DNA of 64,000 nucleotides from an uncultured Gammaproteobacteria bacterium (GTDB lineage Bacteria; Pseudomonadota; Gammaproteobacteria; UBA6002): NCBI GenBank assembly GCA_963705725.1, contig CAVPKM010000009.1, positions 62,246 to 126,245 of the forward strand, read 5' to 3'. Shown piece by piece: positions 52,744 to 64,000 of this stretch (position 1 is its first letter; each line of letters starts with the position of its first letter). The notes under the pieces were generated by a model. It saw only the letters and a program-made list of their open reading frames with translations, ran no database searches and was not told where the DNA came from. The position numbers and the translations under genes were made by a program.

Positions 52744-53131
52744 AATCGCCTCTCTACACAAACTTAACGTCCCTGTGAGGCGTTCTTAAGAACTATACTC
52801 TTCAGTATATTCGTCGATTCGCAGACCGCGCTAGACGATTCTTAATAACTTTAATTCCTAATAGGTTTTCTAGCCCATAGCTTAATGTTATTGTTTTTTT
52901 ATTAAAATAATCTTAAATGAAGCGCTAAATTATCAAAATATTTTCCTGAAAAATAAACAGGCGAGTATAAAAAATATTGAAGTTACCCGTTCTTTATGCC
53001 CCTTATTGCATTGAACAGGATTCAGATTTTTGAGGTCTTGGGGTGTTTTCTAAAATCTGCTCAATTAAGGCACCAAAGTAGGGAACCGTTTTACCTAATT
53101 CTGAAGGATGTGACTTTGCTCAATATAGGCA

Positions 53132-53161
53132 AAGGGGATGAAAAACATTTTTCATCCCCTT
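53132..53161 (-). terminator. Hairpin downstream of the slipin gene; possible intrinsic terminator
   Basis: aaggggatgaaaaa-ca-tttttcatcccctt; short U-tract. Confidence 0.55.
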
Positions 53162-53235
53162 CGGTAACACTTTTCAATGAGGTAATGCGGTTACACGCAG
53201 ACGAGGGCTTGAAAGTATTTTGTACTACGACTTTT

Positions 53236-53982
53236 TTACGATTTTTTGACAGTCGTAAAACTAGATAATAAATCCATTGGGATGGGAAAGACGATTGTCG
53301 AAGTCGAATCTGAAGACATATCGAGAAGTGTTTGTAAATATCGTAATTGCATGGCTTGAGGTTGTCTAGCTAAGACTTCAGCAGCCTGGGTTAATTTCTC
53401 AGATGCTTGCAATTCCCCTTCAGCATTAATGATCTTAGCTCGTCTTTCACGCTCAGCTTCAGCTTGACGTGCAATAGCCCGCACCATACTTTCATCAATA
53501 TCTACATGTTTGATTTCAACAGTCGTAACCTTGATACCCCAAGCGTCTGTTTGCTCGTCTAACATTTTTTGAATATCTGCATTGAGATTTTCACGCTCTG
53601 CAAGCATTTCGTCTAATTCATGTTGACCAAGAACAGATCTTAATGTCGTTTGTGCAAGCTGACTCGTCGCAACGTAGTAATCCTCGACTTGTATAACCGC
53701 ACGCTGAGGATCAATGACTCGAAAATAAACCACTGCACTCACCCGCACTGAAACATTGTCACGAGAAATAACATCTTGAGAAGGAACATCCATTACGATG
53801 GTACGAAGCTGAATTTTCACGATTTGCTGCACAAAGGGAACAACAATGATTAAGCCTGGCCCCTTAACCTTCCAGAAACGACCTAAAGTAAACATCACTG
53901 CTCGTTCGTATTCTTTAAGAATTTTTATCGCACTTAGTAGTAAACAAGCGACAATAACAATCAGTATCAAACTTAAATTCAT
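53236..53982 (-). CDS. Stomatin/slipin (SPFH) protein
   Basis: [15 protein letters not shown] and [10 protein letters not shown] motifs; downstream of nfeD. Confidence 0.95.
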   Translation of the reverse strand: MNLSLILIVIVACLLLSAIKILKEYERAVMFTLGRFWKVKGPGLIIVVPFVQQIVKIQLRTIVMDVPSQDVISRDNVSVRVSAVVYFRVIDPQRAVIQVEDYYVATSQLAQTTLRSVLGQHELDEMLAERENLNADIQKMLDEQTDAWGIKVTTVEIKHVDIDESMVRAIARQAEAERERRAKIINAEGELQASEKLTQAAEVLARQPQAMQLRYLQTLLDMSSDSTSTIVFPIPMDLLSSFTTVKKS

Positions 53983-54018
53983 ATTTTTCCCTTATACAAT
54001 TAGATTAAATTACACAAA

Positions 54019-55341
54019 TTATAGCTTTTTTTCTTGGTTTATCGGTACCACAACTAAAGTCAGACCTTTGAGCTGAATTACCTTAACTGCTTGGCCTAAT
54101 TGCAAGACGGTATCGGATTGAACCTGCCAAATTTCTCCTCGAATTTTAATATATGGGTGGTGACTCTCACCATTTAAAAAATGGACAGAACCTTCACTAC
54201 CAATCAATTCTTCACGCCCACTCACAACCGGCTTTTTTCGTGAACGAATTGCAAGTTGAACAATCAATACCAAGTAGCCAAAGGTCACAACGGCCACCGA
54301 GAAAATAACGGGTAGCAACAAAGTAAAGCCGGGGGTGGTTCGATCAAACAGCAAGATGGATCCAATGATAAAGGCGATCAACCCGCCCAATCCTAATGCA
54401 CCAAAACTTGGCAAAAACACTTCTGCAATCATAAACATCATCCCTACAACCAGCAAGGCCACCCCCGCATAGTGGGTGGGCAGTAACTGAAAAGCATAAA
54501 ATGCTAGTAACAAAGCAATCAGCCCGGTCACTCCTGGCAAGACCAATCCAGGATTAATAAATTCAAATAATAATCCATAAAATCCAACTAAAAGTAAGAT
54601 ATAGGCAATATTAGGATCTGTTATTAAGGCTAAAAACCGAGTGCGCCAATCTGGAAAAATTGTAATTTTTTGGGCGTTAACTAAATTTAAGGTGCCTTGC
54701 CTACCAGAAATTTCAATTTTTTTCCCATTAATTTTCGCTAATAATTGATCAATATCGTCAGCAATGACATTAATCACATTTAAAGCCAGTGCTTCATTTG
54801 CTGATAAACTCAACCCTTTATTCACTGCTTCCTGCCCCCAAAGGGAATTTCTATTTCTAATTTGAGCAAGGCTTCGGATATAGGCGCTCGCATCATTTTT
54901 GGCTTTTATTTCTTCTGGATCAAGTCTTTCATTTTCCTTACCTGGACCAAGCGAAACAGGCGTGGCTGCACCTATGTTAGTTCCCGGCGCCATTGCAGCA
55001 ATTTGACTTGCATAAACGATAAAGGTTCCAGCACTCGCCGCACGCGCACCACTTGGCGCTACAAAGGTGGCAGTTGGAACTTGACTGTGCAGAATACGGC
55101 TGACAATCAGTCGCATAGATTTTTCAAGGCCTCCAGGCGTATCTAATTGCAACACGATTAAGCTTGCTCGCTGCTTTTCAGCCGTGGTTATCCCTCTATC
55201 AATATAATCCACCGTAGCCGGACCAATCGCTTCATTAATGCTTAATATATAAACCACTGGCCTTGATTGTGCGCTTACATGGCTAGAAATCATTAGAATT
55301 AGGCAAAAGATTGCTACCCAAGAAAGTCCCTGCTTTATCAC
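54019..55341 (-). CDS. nfeD: Long-form NfeD membrane-bound serine protease
   Basis: LDTPGG and AASAG ClpP-like motifs, TM region, C-terminal OB fold GEIW. Confidence 0.93.
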   Translation of the reverse strand: MIKQGLSWVAIFCLILMISSHVSAQSRPVVYILSINEAIGPATVDYIDRGITTAEKQRASLIVLQLDTPGGLEKSMRLIVSRILHSQVPTATFVAPSGARAASAGTFIVYASQIAAMAPGTNIGAATPVSLGPGKENERLDPEEIKAKNDASAYIRSLAQIRNRNSLWGQEAVNKGLSLSANEALALNVINVIADDIDQLLAKINGKKIEISGRQGTLNLVNAQKITIFPDWRTRFLALITDPNIAYILLLVGFYGLLFEFINPGLVLPGVTGLIALLLAFYAFQLLPTHYAGVALLVVGMMFMIAEVFLPSFGALGLGGLIAFIIGSILLFDRTTPGFTLLLPVIFSVAVVTFGYLVLIVQLAIRSRKKPVVSGREELIGSEGSVHFLNGESHHPYIKIRGEIWQVQSDTVLQLGQAVKVIQLKGLTLVVVPINQEKKL

Positions 55342-55397
55342 TTTTTTGTATCCTCTAGCCTCGGAGTTAATAAATTTTAATCTTTTCCAGATGACAA

Positions 55398-56906
55398 CTA
55401 TTGATAAAATGCTATTCCTTGCGCAAGAGGCAATTCATTACTCCAGTTGATGGTGCTAGTCTGTCTTCTCATATAATCTTTCCATACATCCGATCCAGCC
55501 TCACGCCCACCGCCCGTCTCTTTTTCTCCACCAAATGCTCCGCCAATTTCAGCGCCGGATGTTCCCACATTAATATTTGCTATGCCGCAGTCGCTTCCTA
55601 TTGTAGATAAAAAATGTTCAGCATGCTTAAGATTTTCCGTAAATAAAGATGAAGACAACCCTTGCGAGACAGCATTTTGAATGGCAATTGCCTCATCGAA
55701 AGTTTGATAAGCAAGCACGTAGAGAATAGGAGCAAATGTCTCCTGCTTAATCATTATCATAGTTTGTTTAGCTGCAACTATGGTTGGCTCCACAAAATAA
55801 CCCGATTCAAGCACATTGCCACCATATAAAATTTCACCCCCTTCCTCCTTAATCTTTTCAATCGCAGATTTAAAATTTTCTACTGCTTGTGCATCGATTA
55901 AAGGTCCCATCAACATTTCAGCTTGCAAGGGGTTTCCTACTCTAACTTGTTTATAAGCGTGAATTAACTGCGAAACAAGTGTTTCATAACGCGATGCATG
56001 CACAATCACTCGACGTGTTGTCGTACATCGCTGACCCGCAGTTCCGATTGCTCCAAAAACAATTGCAGGCAGCGCTAAACTCAAATCTGCTGTCTCATCA
56101 ACAATTACTGCATTATTACCACTTAATTCTAATACATGGCGACCTAGGCGCTTTGAAACAAGTGTGGCAACCTTTTTTCCAATTTTTGTAGAACCGGTAA
56201 ATGAAATTAGCGGAATTCTTGTATCTTTAACTAGGTTTTCACTGACAGCATGATCATCTGTAATAAAAAGCGAAAAAACGAAATCAAAGCCTTTTGATTG
56301 CATAATTTTATTGCAGATTTTTTGCACTGCAATCGCGCTTAAGGGAACTTTTTGAGAGGGCTTCCAGATAACCGTATTACCACAAATTGCAGCAATAAAT
56401 GCATTCCAAGCCCATACCGCCACAGGAAAATTAAATGCGGTTATCACACCAATTGGACCAAGCGGCAACCATTGCTCAAACATACGATGCCTGCTTCTTT
56501 CTGATTGCATTATTTTTCCATAAAGCATCCGTGATTGACCCACTGCAAAATCAGCCATATCAATCATTTCCTGAACCTCACCGCGTCCTTCTTCTAAAAT
56601 TTTTCCACATTCAAGGGAAATTAATCTTGCCAAGGGTTCTTTTTTCTTTCTTAGTTCATCACCAATTTCGCGGATACACTCTCCTCTAAAAGGCGCGGGA
56701 ACCTCTCGCCACTTTGCAAAACCAGCCTTAGCCTGCTCAATAATCTTTTCAAGATCTTCAGCCCTTCCTTGATGTAAACGCGCTAAAATTTCTCTATTGG
56801 TAGGATTTTCAGATGAAAGCAATGGACCTTTCGCCGCACACCAACTATAACCGGCAAACGCGCCGCAATTTATCGCTTCAATATCCAATTCCGCTAATAC
56901 TTCCAT
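55398..56906 (-). CDS. Aldehyde dehydrogenase, ALDH7/antiquitin (AmaB/Pcd-like)
   Basis: TAFNFPVAVW, LELSGNN, GQRCTT, SDCGIANIN and LPLAQGI motifs. Confidence 0.92.
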   Translation of the reverse strand: MEVLAELDIEAINCGAFAGYSWCAAKGPLLSSENPTNREILARLHQGRAEDLEKIIEQAKAGFAKWREVPAPFRGECIREIGDELRKKKEPLARLISLECGKILEEGRGEVQEMIDMADFAVGQSRMLYGKIMQSERSRHRMFEQWLPLGPIGVITAFNFPVAVWAWNAFIAAICGNTVIWKPSQKVPLSAIAVQKICNKIMQSKGFDFVFSLFITDDHAVSENLVKDTRIPLISFTGSTKIGKKVATLVSKRLGRHVLELSGNNAVIVDETADLSLALPAIVFGAIGTAGQRCTTTRRVIVHASRYETLVSQLIHAYKQVRVGNPLQAEMLMGPLIDAQAVENFKSAIEKIKEEGGEILYGGNVLESGYFVEPTIVAAKQTMIMIKQETFAPILYVLAYQTFDEAIAIQNAVSQGLSSSLFTENLKHAEHFLSTIGSDCGIANINVGTSGAEIGGAFGGEKETGGGREAGSDVWKDYMRRQTSTINWSNELPLAQGIAFYQ

Positions 56907-57109
56907 ATTCTCTTCCCCTGCTTAGATTTCAGATCGAACCTACCATCCATTCACGAAGGGTATATATAGCAAAACAAGTAGAACTTTGCATTTTGCAGTC
57001 ATATTACATACAATTAATAGAGTAATATTGTGCACTCAATTGTCATTTATGTGCCAAATACTTAACTGATATGACTGACTTCACTAATAAATTTTAATAT
57101 TGAAGAATT

Positions 57110-58006
57110 ATGATACGCAGATATCTTGTAAAAACAACCAAGCTTTCCAAAAGCGAACTTAAAGAAATTAAGAATCTCGCTATTTTATCCCATAACATAG
57201 ATGGCTATAAAACTAAACTCTATTGGAATATCTTAGAAGATAGAAAATTACCAGAATATGATGATTTTTTGCTTTATATAGAAGGTAACTTGGTCGGATA
57301 TATCGGGGTTTTTGCCTTTAAAGAAGAGGAAATTGAACTTGCCGCCATTGTTCATCCTAAATATCGAAAACAAGGCCATTTCTCAAATCTGCTGGCTGAA
57401 GTCCTTCCAGAACTTAAAAAACGACATTTCAAAAAGTGTTTATTAATTTTAAATCGTGAATCTGCAGGTGGCACACATATTACCAAACGATTAAATGCAA
57501 CTTTTTCTCATGCCGAATATGAAATGGTTTCCAAGGGCAAACCAGAAATATCAGGCTTACCCACCCTTGAGTTACGCGATTATCAGCATGCTGACATTAT
57601 CGATCTTGCTCAAATGGACGCGATTTGTTTCAACAGCTCATTAGATAAAATGATATTTCGATTTATTAACAGCATGAATGAAAAAAACCGAAAAGTGCTG
57701 GTTGCAATGGCACACGACGAAAAAATTGGCAAAGTTCATCTACGGTTTGATGAAAAAAACCATGCCTATATTCATGATCTTTGCATATTACCGCGATTTC
57801 GACGTCAAAAATATGCCACTGCCATGGTAATGAAAGTCATGGATTTGTTAGCTGATAAAAAGATCAATCATCTTTATCTTGATGTAGAAGGAAAGAACAC
57901 CAGTGCAATTGAGCTCTATGAAAAATGTGGTTACGAAATCACCGCAATTCATGATTTCTATAGTTATGACTTAATTAACGTCCCAGATTTTAAACTTTAC
58001 TCGTAA
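57110..58006 (+). CDS. Tandem GNAT acetyltransferase
   Basis: Two motif-A segments (VHPKYRKQG, ILPRFRRQK); N..AIELYEKCGY. Confidence 0.88.
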   Translation: MIRRYLVKTTKLSKSELKEIKNLAILSHNIDGYKTKLYWNILEDRKLPEYDDFLLYIEGNLVGYIGVFAFKEEEIELAAIVHPKYRKQGHFSNLLAEVLPELKKRHFKKCLLILNRESAGGTHITKRLNATFSHAEYEMVSKGKPEISGLPTLELRDYQHADIIDLAQMDAICFNSSLDKMIFRFINSMNEKNRKVLVAMAHDEKIGKVHLRFDEKNHAYIHDLCILPRFRRQKYATAMVMKVMDLLADKKINHLYLDVEGKNTSAIELYEKCGYEITAIHDFYSYDLINVPDFKLYS

Positions 58007-58078
58007 CCATTCGCCTCAGGAAGGAAACGTTCAATTTGAACGTTTGTGCGTGCAGACTCTTGCCCCGTGAGCAGTTAG
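58003..58078. repeat. GTAAC repeat family copy; supplies the GNAT stop codon
   Basis: gtaaccattcgcctcaggaaggaaacgttcaatttgaacgtttgtgcg...ccccgtgagcagttag; near-duplicate of 60285-60364. Confidence 0.8.
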
Positions 58079-58085
58079 CATTACT

Positions 58086-59511
58086 CTAATTTTTAATTGC
58101 ATCCCTCGCTCGCGTCAAACGTCGAATTATTTCGTCCTGAGTAAATATTCTAAATATCGAACCCATATCAGGCCCATGCGCTTCATCAGTTAAAGCAATA
58201 CGTAACGGCTGAAACAGTGCTTTTCCTTTCACTTGCTGTGCCTTTTGTAAAAATTCACTCACAGCTTTAAAATCTTGACCCTCTGTTGTTATCGCTTCAA
58301 TTGCTTGGTTAAAGAAGGCAGCTCCTGCTGATTGTAAAATTTCTTGATGTGCTTGTTGCCAGTCGTTTTCTTGATGGGTAAAAAAAATGGTGGCATATTT
58401 TTCTGCCTGCTCAGGAAATAACACATTTGGCTTAATCATGGTGAGAAAATCGTCACGCTTATCAGGAGGAACTAATTCATGTGTTTTTTTATTACACCAT
58501 TCCCACAACTCAGGTAAAGTTTTTCGTGCGATTACCTCTTGCTGCCAACGCAGTAATTGCTGATAGTCAAATTTAGCAGGAGACTTTCCAAGATTCTCTA
58601 CTTTGAACTGCATGGCAAGCTCTTCAAGAGTCATAAAAGTATCCTGTTCATAATAATGACCCAATCTTGCCATGTAATTGTTAATCGCCTCTGGGAAAAA
58701 ACCATTTTGCTGCAATTCCTGGAGACTGCGACTGCCATGTCGCTTTGACAAAGGACTGCCATCTGGACCCACAATAAGTGAAATATGGCCATATTTGGGC
58801 GCAGGCAATCCGAGCACCTACTAGGATTAACAGTTGCCGTGGTGTATTCGTTAAGTGGTCTTCTCCGCGAAGCGCGTGGGTGACGCCCATTAACGCATCA
58901 TCAATTGCATTACAGAACATAAAAGGGGAAGTGCCATCCGCTCGTCTGATGATAAAATCTCCAATATCCCGACCACTGAACTTTTGTACCCCTCTTACCA
59001 AATCTTCAAACTCAATGCAGCAGTCATTTGGAACATGAAACCGAAGTGTAGGCTTTAATCCTAATGCCAATTTTTGGGTGATTGTTTCCTGGCTCAAACC
59101 AAAGCAAGTGCCGGCATATCGGGGTGGTTTACCCGAGGCACGTTGCACTTTACGCATTAAGGCAAGCTCTTCTTCGGTACAAAAACACGGATAGGCAGAG
59201 TTTTTTTGTGCTAATTCTTGATAGTAGTGATGATATATCTGCTGCCTTTCTGATTGAAAATAAGGCCCTTTTCCTTGATCTTTTTCTGGCCCTTCTTGCC
59301 ATTCAAGACCGAGCCATAATAGATCTTCTGTTAAAGTATGGTAATATTCTTTTTTTGATCTTTGCACATCAGTGTCTTCAATGCGCAATAGAAAAGTGCC
59401 TTGATATTGCATAGCAAGTAATGCATTAAACAATGCTGTCCTGGCATTACCTAAGTGGATAAGCCCTGTTGGACTTGGGCAAAATCTTGTTTTAGTATTT
59501 TTATTGACCAT
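58086..59511 (-). CDS. gltX: Glutamate--tRNA ligase (copy 2), apparent +1 frameshift near 58820
   Basis: [14 protein letters not shown] and RGEDH in one frame, LSKRHG and the C-terminal domain in the next. Removing one base from CTAGTAGGTG restores the frame. Probably a sequencing error. Confidence 0.9.
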
Positions 59512-59573
59512 TCCTACACCTTTCGATAGCATCTAAACATTCAATTGTAACGACTTAATTATTAGAAGTAATT

Positions 59574-60283
59574 ATGCAACATACATTATTTATTGCTGAT
59601 TTGCACTTAGATGAAAATCACCCAACTAGCTATGCGCTTTTCAAAGAGTTTATTCATCGCCATCTGACTGGGGCGGATGCGCTTTACATTTTAGGAATTT
59701 CTTTGAAGTCTGGGTTGGAGATGACTATCAAACTAATTTCTATAAAGAAATTAAACAATTGCTCAGATCTATTTCAGAACAAATGCCTGTCTATCTGCTT
59801 CACGGCAATCGCGACTTTTTGATTGGAAAAAAATTTGCGCGTCAAACAAATGCCAAGATTTTACCAGAAGAAACGGTAATCAATCTTTATGGCCAATCAG
59901 TTCTCTTGCTTCACGGCGATGTGCTATGTTCTGAAGATAAAAGACATATGAAATTTCGTAAGTGGACACAATCTATTATCATGCGAAAATTATTTTTATG
60001 CCTTCCCCTCGCCTATAGAAGGAAAATCGGCCAACAACTTAGAAAAACCAGCAAACAGCATCACTCCATCCTTCCTTCCAAACAATTGCAGATTGCACCA
60101 AGCGCAGCATTAGCACATTTTCGCAAGCATCAAGTAAATCGAATGATTTATGGCCACGTGCATCATGCACAAGTTTTTAACGATGCTCCTCACCTAGAGA
60201 GAATTGCATTAGGCTCATGGGATCAACAAGGATGCGCACTAAAATGGTACGCAAAACATAAGCGAGAAATTGTTTTCTTTTAA
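59574..60283 (+). CDS. lpxH: UDP-2,3-diacylglucosamine hydrolase, apparent -1 frameshift near 59697
   Basis: FIADLHL, YILG[D]FFEVWVGDD across the frame break, GNRDF, HGD, GHVH, LGSW. Confidence 0.9.
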
Positions 60284-60284
60284 G

Positions 60285-60364
60285 GTAACTACTCACCCCA
60301 GGAAGGAAACGTCCATATTTGAACGTTTGTGCGTTGAACAGGCTCTTACCCCGTGAGCAGTTAC
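60285..60364. repeat. GTAAC...GTTAC repeat family copy
   Basis: gtaactactcaccccaggaaggaaacgtccatatttgaacgtttgtgcg...ccccgtgagcagttac. Confidence 0.85.
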
Positions 60365-60372
60365 CTTTTAAG

Positions 60373-60549
60373 TTAATTTAGCAATTCTCGACTTTTTAGC
60401 GTTTGATTTCCTAATAAGTGATTTAAAATAAGCCGCATTAAGCGCTTTGCCTCACGCAATACTGCAATCCCATCAAATTGATTTGCTGCAATTGCAATCA
60501 AGTGCGCTCCATAAAAAGATTCTTTTTGCTCACTACCACATGGCAAGAG
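60373..60549 (-). CDS. recO: RecO C-terminal fragment, truncated at the compositional junction
   Basis: FYGAHLIAIA...LREAKRLMR..LNHLLG..LKSREL resembles the RecO C-terminus; sequence upstream switches to high GC. Confidence 0.75.
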   Translation of the reverse strand, partial: LLPCGSEQKESFYGAHLIAIAANQFDGIAVLREAKRLMRLILNHLLGNQTLKSRELLN

Positions 60550-62133
<1,584 letters not shown>

Positions 62134-62176
62134 TCGCGCGAGATCGCCTCATGAGCAGAATTAAGGGTAATCGATC

Positions 62177-63086
62177 ATGATCTCCCGCGTGAGATGGGCG
62201 CTCAGGGAATTGGATGTCTTCATCATCCTGGGCGCGCTGCTGGCGGTCGCCGCGCTCTTCAAGGCGAGCACGTTTTACAATCTCTCCAATCTGTTTGCGA
62301 TCCTCGAGCTGTCCGCGGTTCTGGGCATCGCGACGCTGGGAGAGGCGTTGGTGCTGATCGTGAAGGGCGTCAACGTCTCGGTTGGCGCCGTAATGGGGTT
62401 CGCCGGGACGTTGTCCGCCTATCTGCTTCCGACGTTCAGGACTGGGCGTCGCGCTCTTAGCCCCCCTCGTCGTTTGCGCCGTACTTGGTCTCGCGAACGG
62501 CCTGCTGATCGAGAAGGGACGCATCCCGCCGCTGGTCGCCACCATCGGAATGATGTTGGTCTCGCCGGCAGCATCAGCGAAGGTCGGCTGATCCCGATCG
62601 ACGACAAGTGGGATAAGGGGTCACGTATTCGACATAGTGCCGCTGTTTTTCGTCGGCCTGCTGATCGTTGGTGGGGTAGCCTATCTCGTCCGATCGAATT
62701 TCTCGATCGGTCGGCACGTCTACGCGATTGGGGGCGATGAGACCGCTGCCTATTATTCCGCGATACCCGTCACGAAATCCAGATAGCGATTTACGGCGTC
62801 GCGGGCTTTCTACGGGATCGCCGGCTTGCTGATGGCCTCGTACGTGCGATCGGGCATGCCGGCCGTCGGCAGGGGCTACGAGTTCAAGGCGATCACCGCG
62901 GCGGTCCTCGGCGGGATCGCGCTTTCTGGCGGCCGGGGCAACATCTTCAAGGCGATCGTGGGCACAGTGATTCTGATCGTGCTCTACGGGGTGATCACGG
63001 CTTTTGCCGTGTCCCCCTACATCCAAGGGATTATCCAGGGCTGCATTTTGGTTGGCGCGGTGTACTATGCAAGTCGCTACTACTAA
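62177..63086 (+). pseudogene. Sugar ABC permease (RbsC-like), frameshifted
   Basis: LVLIVKGVNVSVGA, GRHVYAIGG and AITAAVLGGIALSGGRG motifs in different frames. Confidence 0.75.
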
Positions 63087-63650
63087 GACCGTCGCGGACC
63101 TGCGCCGCTACAACCAGCTGTTTCTACTGGTCGCGGTCCTCGTCATCGCGACGGTTGTCTCGCACGGCGTGTTCGTGAAACCCGCGAACCTGATTGTCGT
63201 GCTCGCCAGCGCTAGCGCCTTCGGACTGGTCTCGTTCGGCCAGGCGCTGGTCGTCATCAGCGGGGGCTTCGATCTCTCTGTCGGCTCTCTCGTAGCGATG
63301 TCGATTTCCGCCATCGTCTATTTTCGTTCGATGTTCGGCATTGTTGGCGGAACGTTCGCGGCGCTACTCCTGGCCTGCGGGGCGGGGCTTCTCAGCGGCC
63401 TCGTCGTGGCGCGAACCAGAATCCCCCCGTTCATCGTCACGCTCGGCATGCTTTCCATCGCGGATTCGATGTCGTGGATCCTTGCGGCGGGCCAGCCCAT
63501 CACTGTCGAAGAATTCAACAACTCGATCGCGCCATTGTTCTCGTTCTTGCCGCTCGGCGAAAACGCGTTTTCCAGATTCTCGTGCTGCTGCTCGGGCTGT
63601 TGCTGACGAGCCTGCTCCTGCATTGGAGCAAATGGGGACGCTCATACACC
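63067..63650 (+). pseudogene. Second sugar ABC permease, truncated
   Basis: GQALVVISGGFDLSVG and IPPFIVTLG motifs. Confidence 0.75.
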
Positions 63651-64000
63651 AGGGCAGCTGGTGGTGCGGCGTGTTGTCGATGCCCGCGTCGGTGCCAGCG
63701 ACGATCCGCACCCCCATCTCGCGCATGAGCTTGAGGTGCTCACCGACGGCGATGCCGGTCAGCTTGGCGACGTACGGCGCATTGACGTTGATGGTCGGGC
63801 AGACGAAGATGCCCCGCTCGGCGATCGCGGTGGCGAGGGATTCGCTGAACCGCCGCTCGTTCGTCTCGGTCACGAACGAGCAGTGCTCGAGCGTGCTGAC
63901 GCCGGCGTCAACGGCCCGGCTGATGCCCTCGATGCCGTGCGCGTGGGCCGCCACCGCTTGTCGATTAACCTGCCTGGTGACGATCACGGCGATCTGCGCG
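63651..64000 (-). pseudogene. Amidohydrolase-family internal fragment (foreign)
   Basis: VAAHAHG, TLEH and AGTDAG metal-binding motifs. Confidence 0.75.

Noticed and set aside
52996-53268. 90-aa ORF between the Inc-like gene and slipin
   Set aside because: No RBS or motif; runs through a terminator-like hairpin and overlaps the slipin 3' end.
53236-55341. nfeD-slipin pair as a novel system
   Set aside because: A well-known, widespread conserved operon.
58003-60364. TAAC...GTTA elements as integron attC sites
   Set aside because: They flank housekeeping genes in mixed orientations, do not fit RYYYAAC/GTTRRRY well, and there is no integron integrase.

Overview
About 60.5 kb of AT-rich gammaproteobacterial chromosome, followed by a GC-rich ~3.5 kb tail that is almost certainly foreign or chimeric. 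Gene content and order suggest a Legionellales/Coxiellaceae-like, host-associated bacterium (inference): two gltX paralogs, no ispG/rodZ/bamB in the rlmN-hisS-yfgM-der block, and eukaryote-like effectors. The backbone is housekeeping: putA, ppa, tadA, guaAB, xseA, der, hisS, rlmN, ndk, iscS, trmJ, pilABC, suhB, secDF-yajC, tgt, queA, rseP, gltX, relA, rlmD and three tRNAs. Candidate host-directed effectors sit in it: (1) a 5'-partial SopF/DUF3626-like ADP-ribosyltransferase + ankyrin protein ending in a CaaX box (CFVM); (2) a 2000-aa LRR + transglutaminase-like + tandem AAA+ protein; (3) an RCC1-repeat protein also ending in CaaX (CLVM); (4) an internally duplicated multi-hairpin membrane protein. 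Also present: a complete IS256 with an 8-bp target duplication splitting pilF/pilW, a modular GTAAC...GTTAC intergenic palindromic repeat family, a Fic islet after tRNA-Glu with helically phased upstream repeats and an apparent ATT start, a histone-like AT-hook protein, and an IscU lacking its canonical cysteines. All family assignments come from motif recognition by eye; no searches were run.
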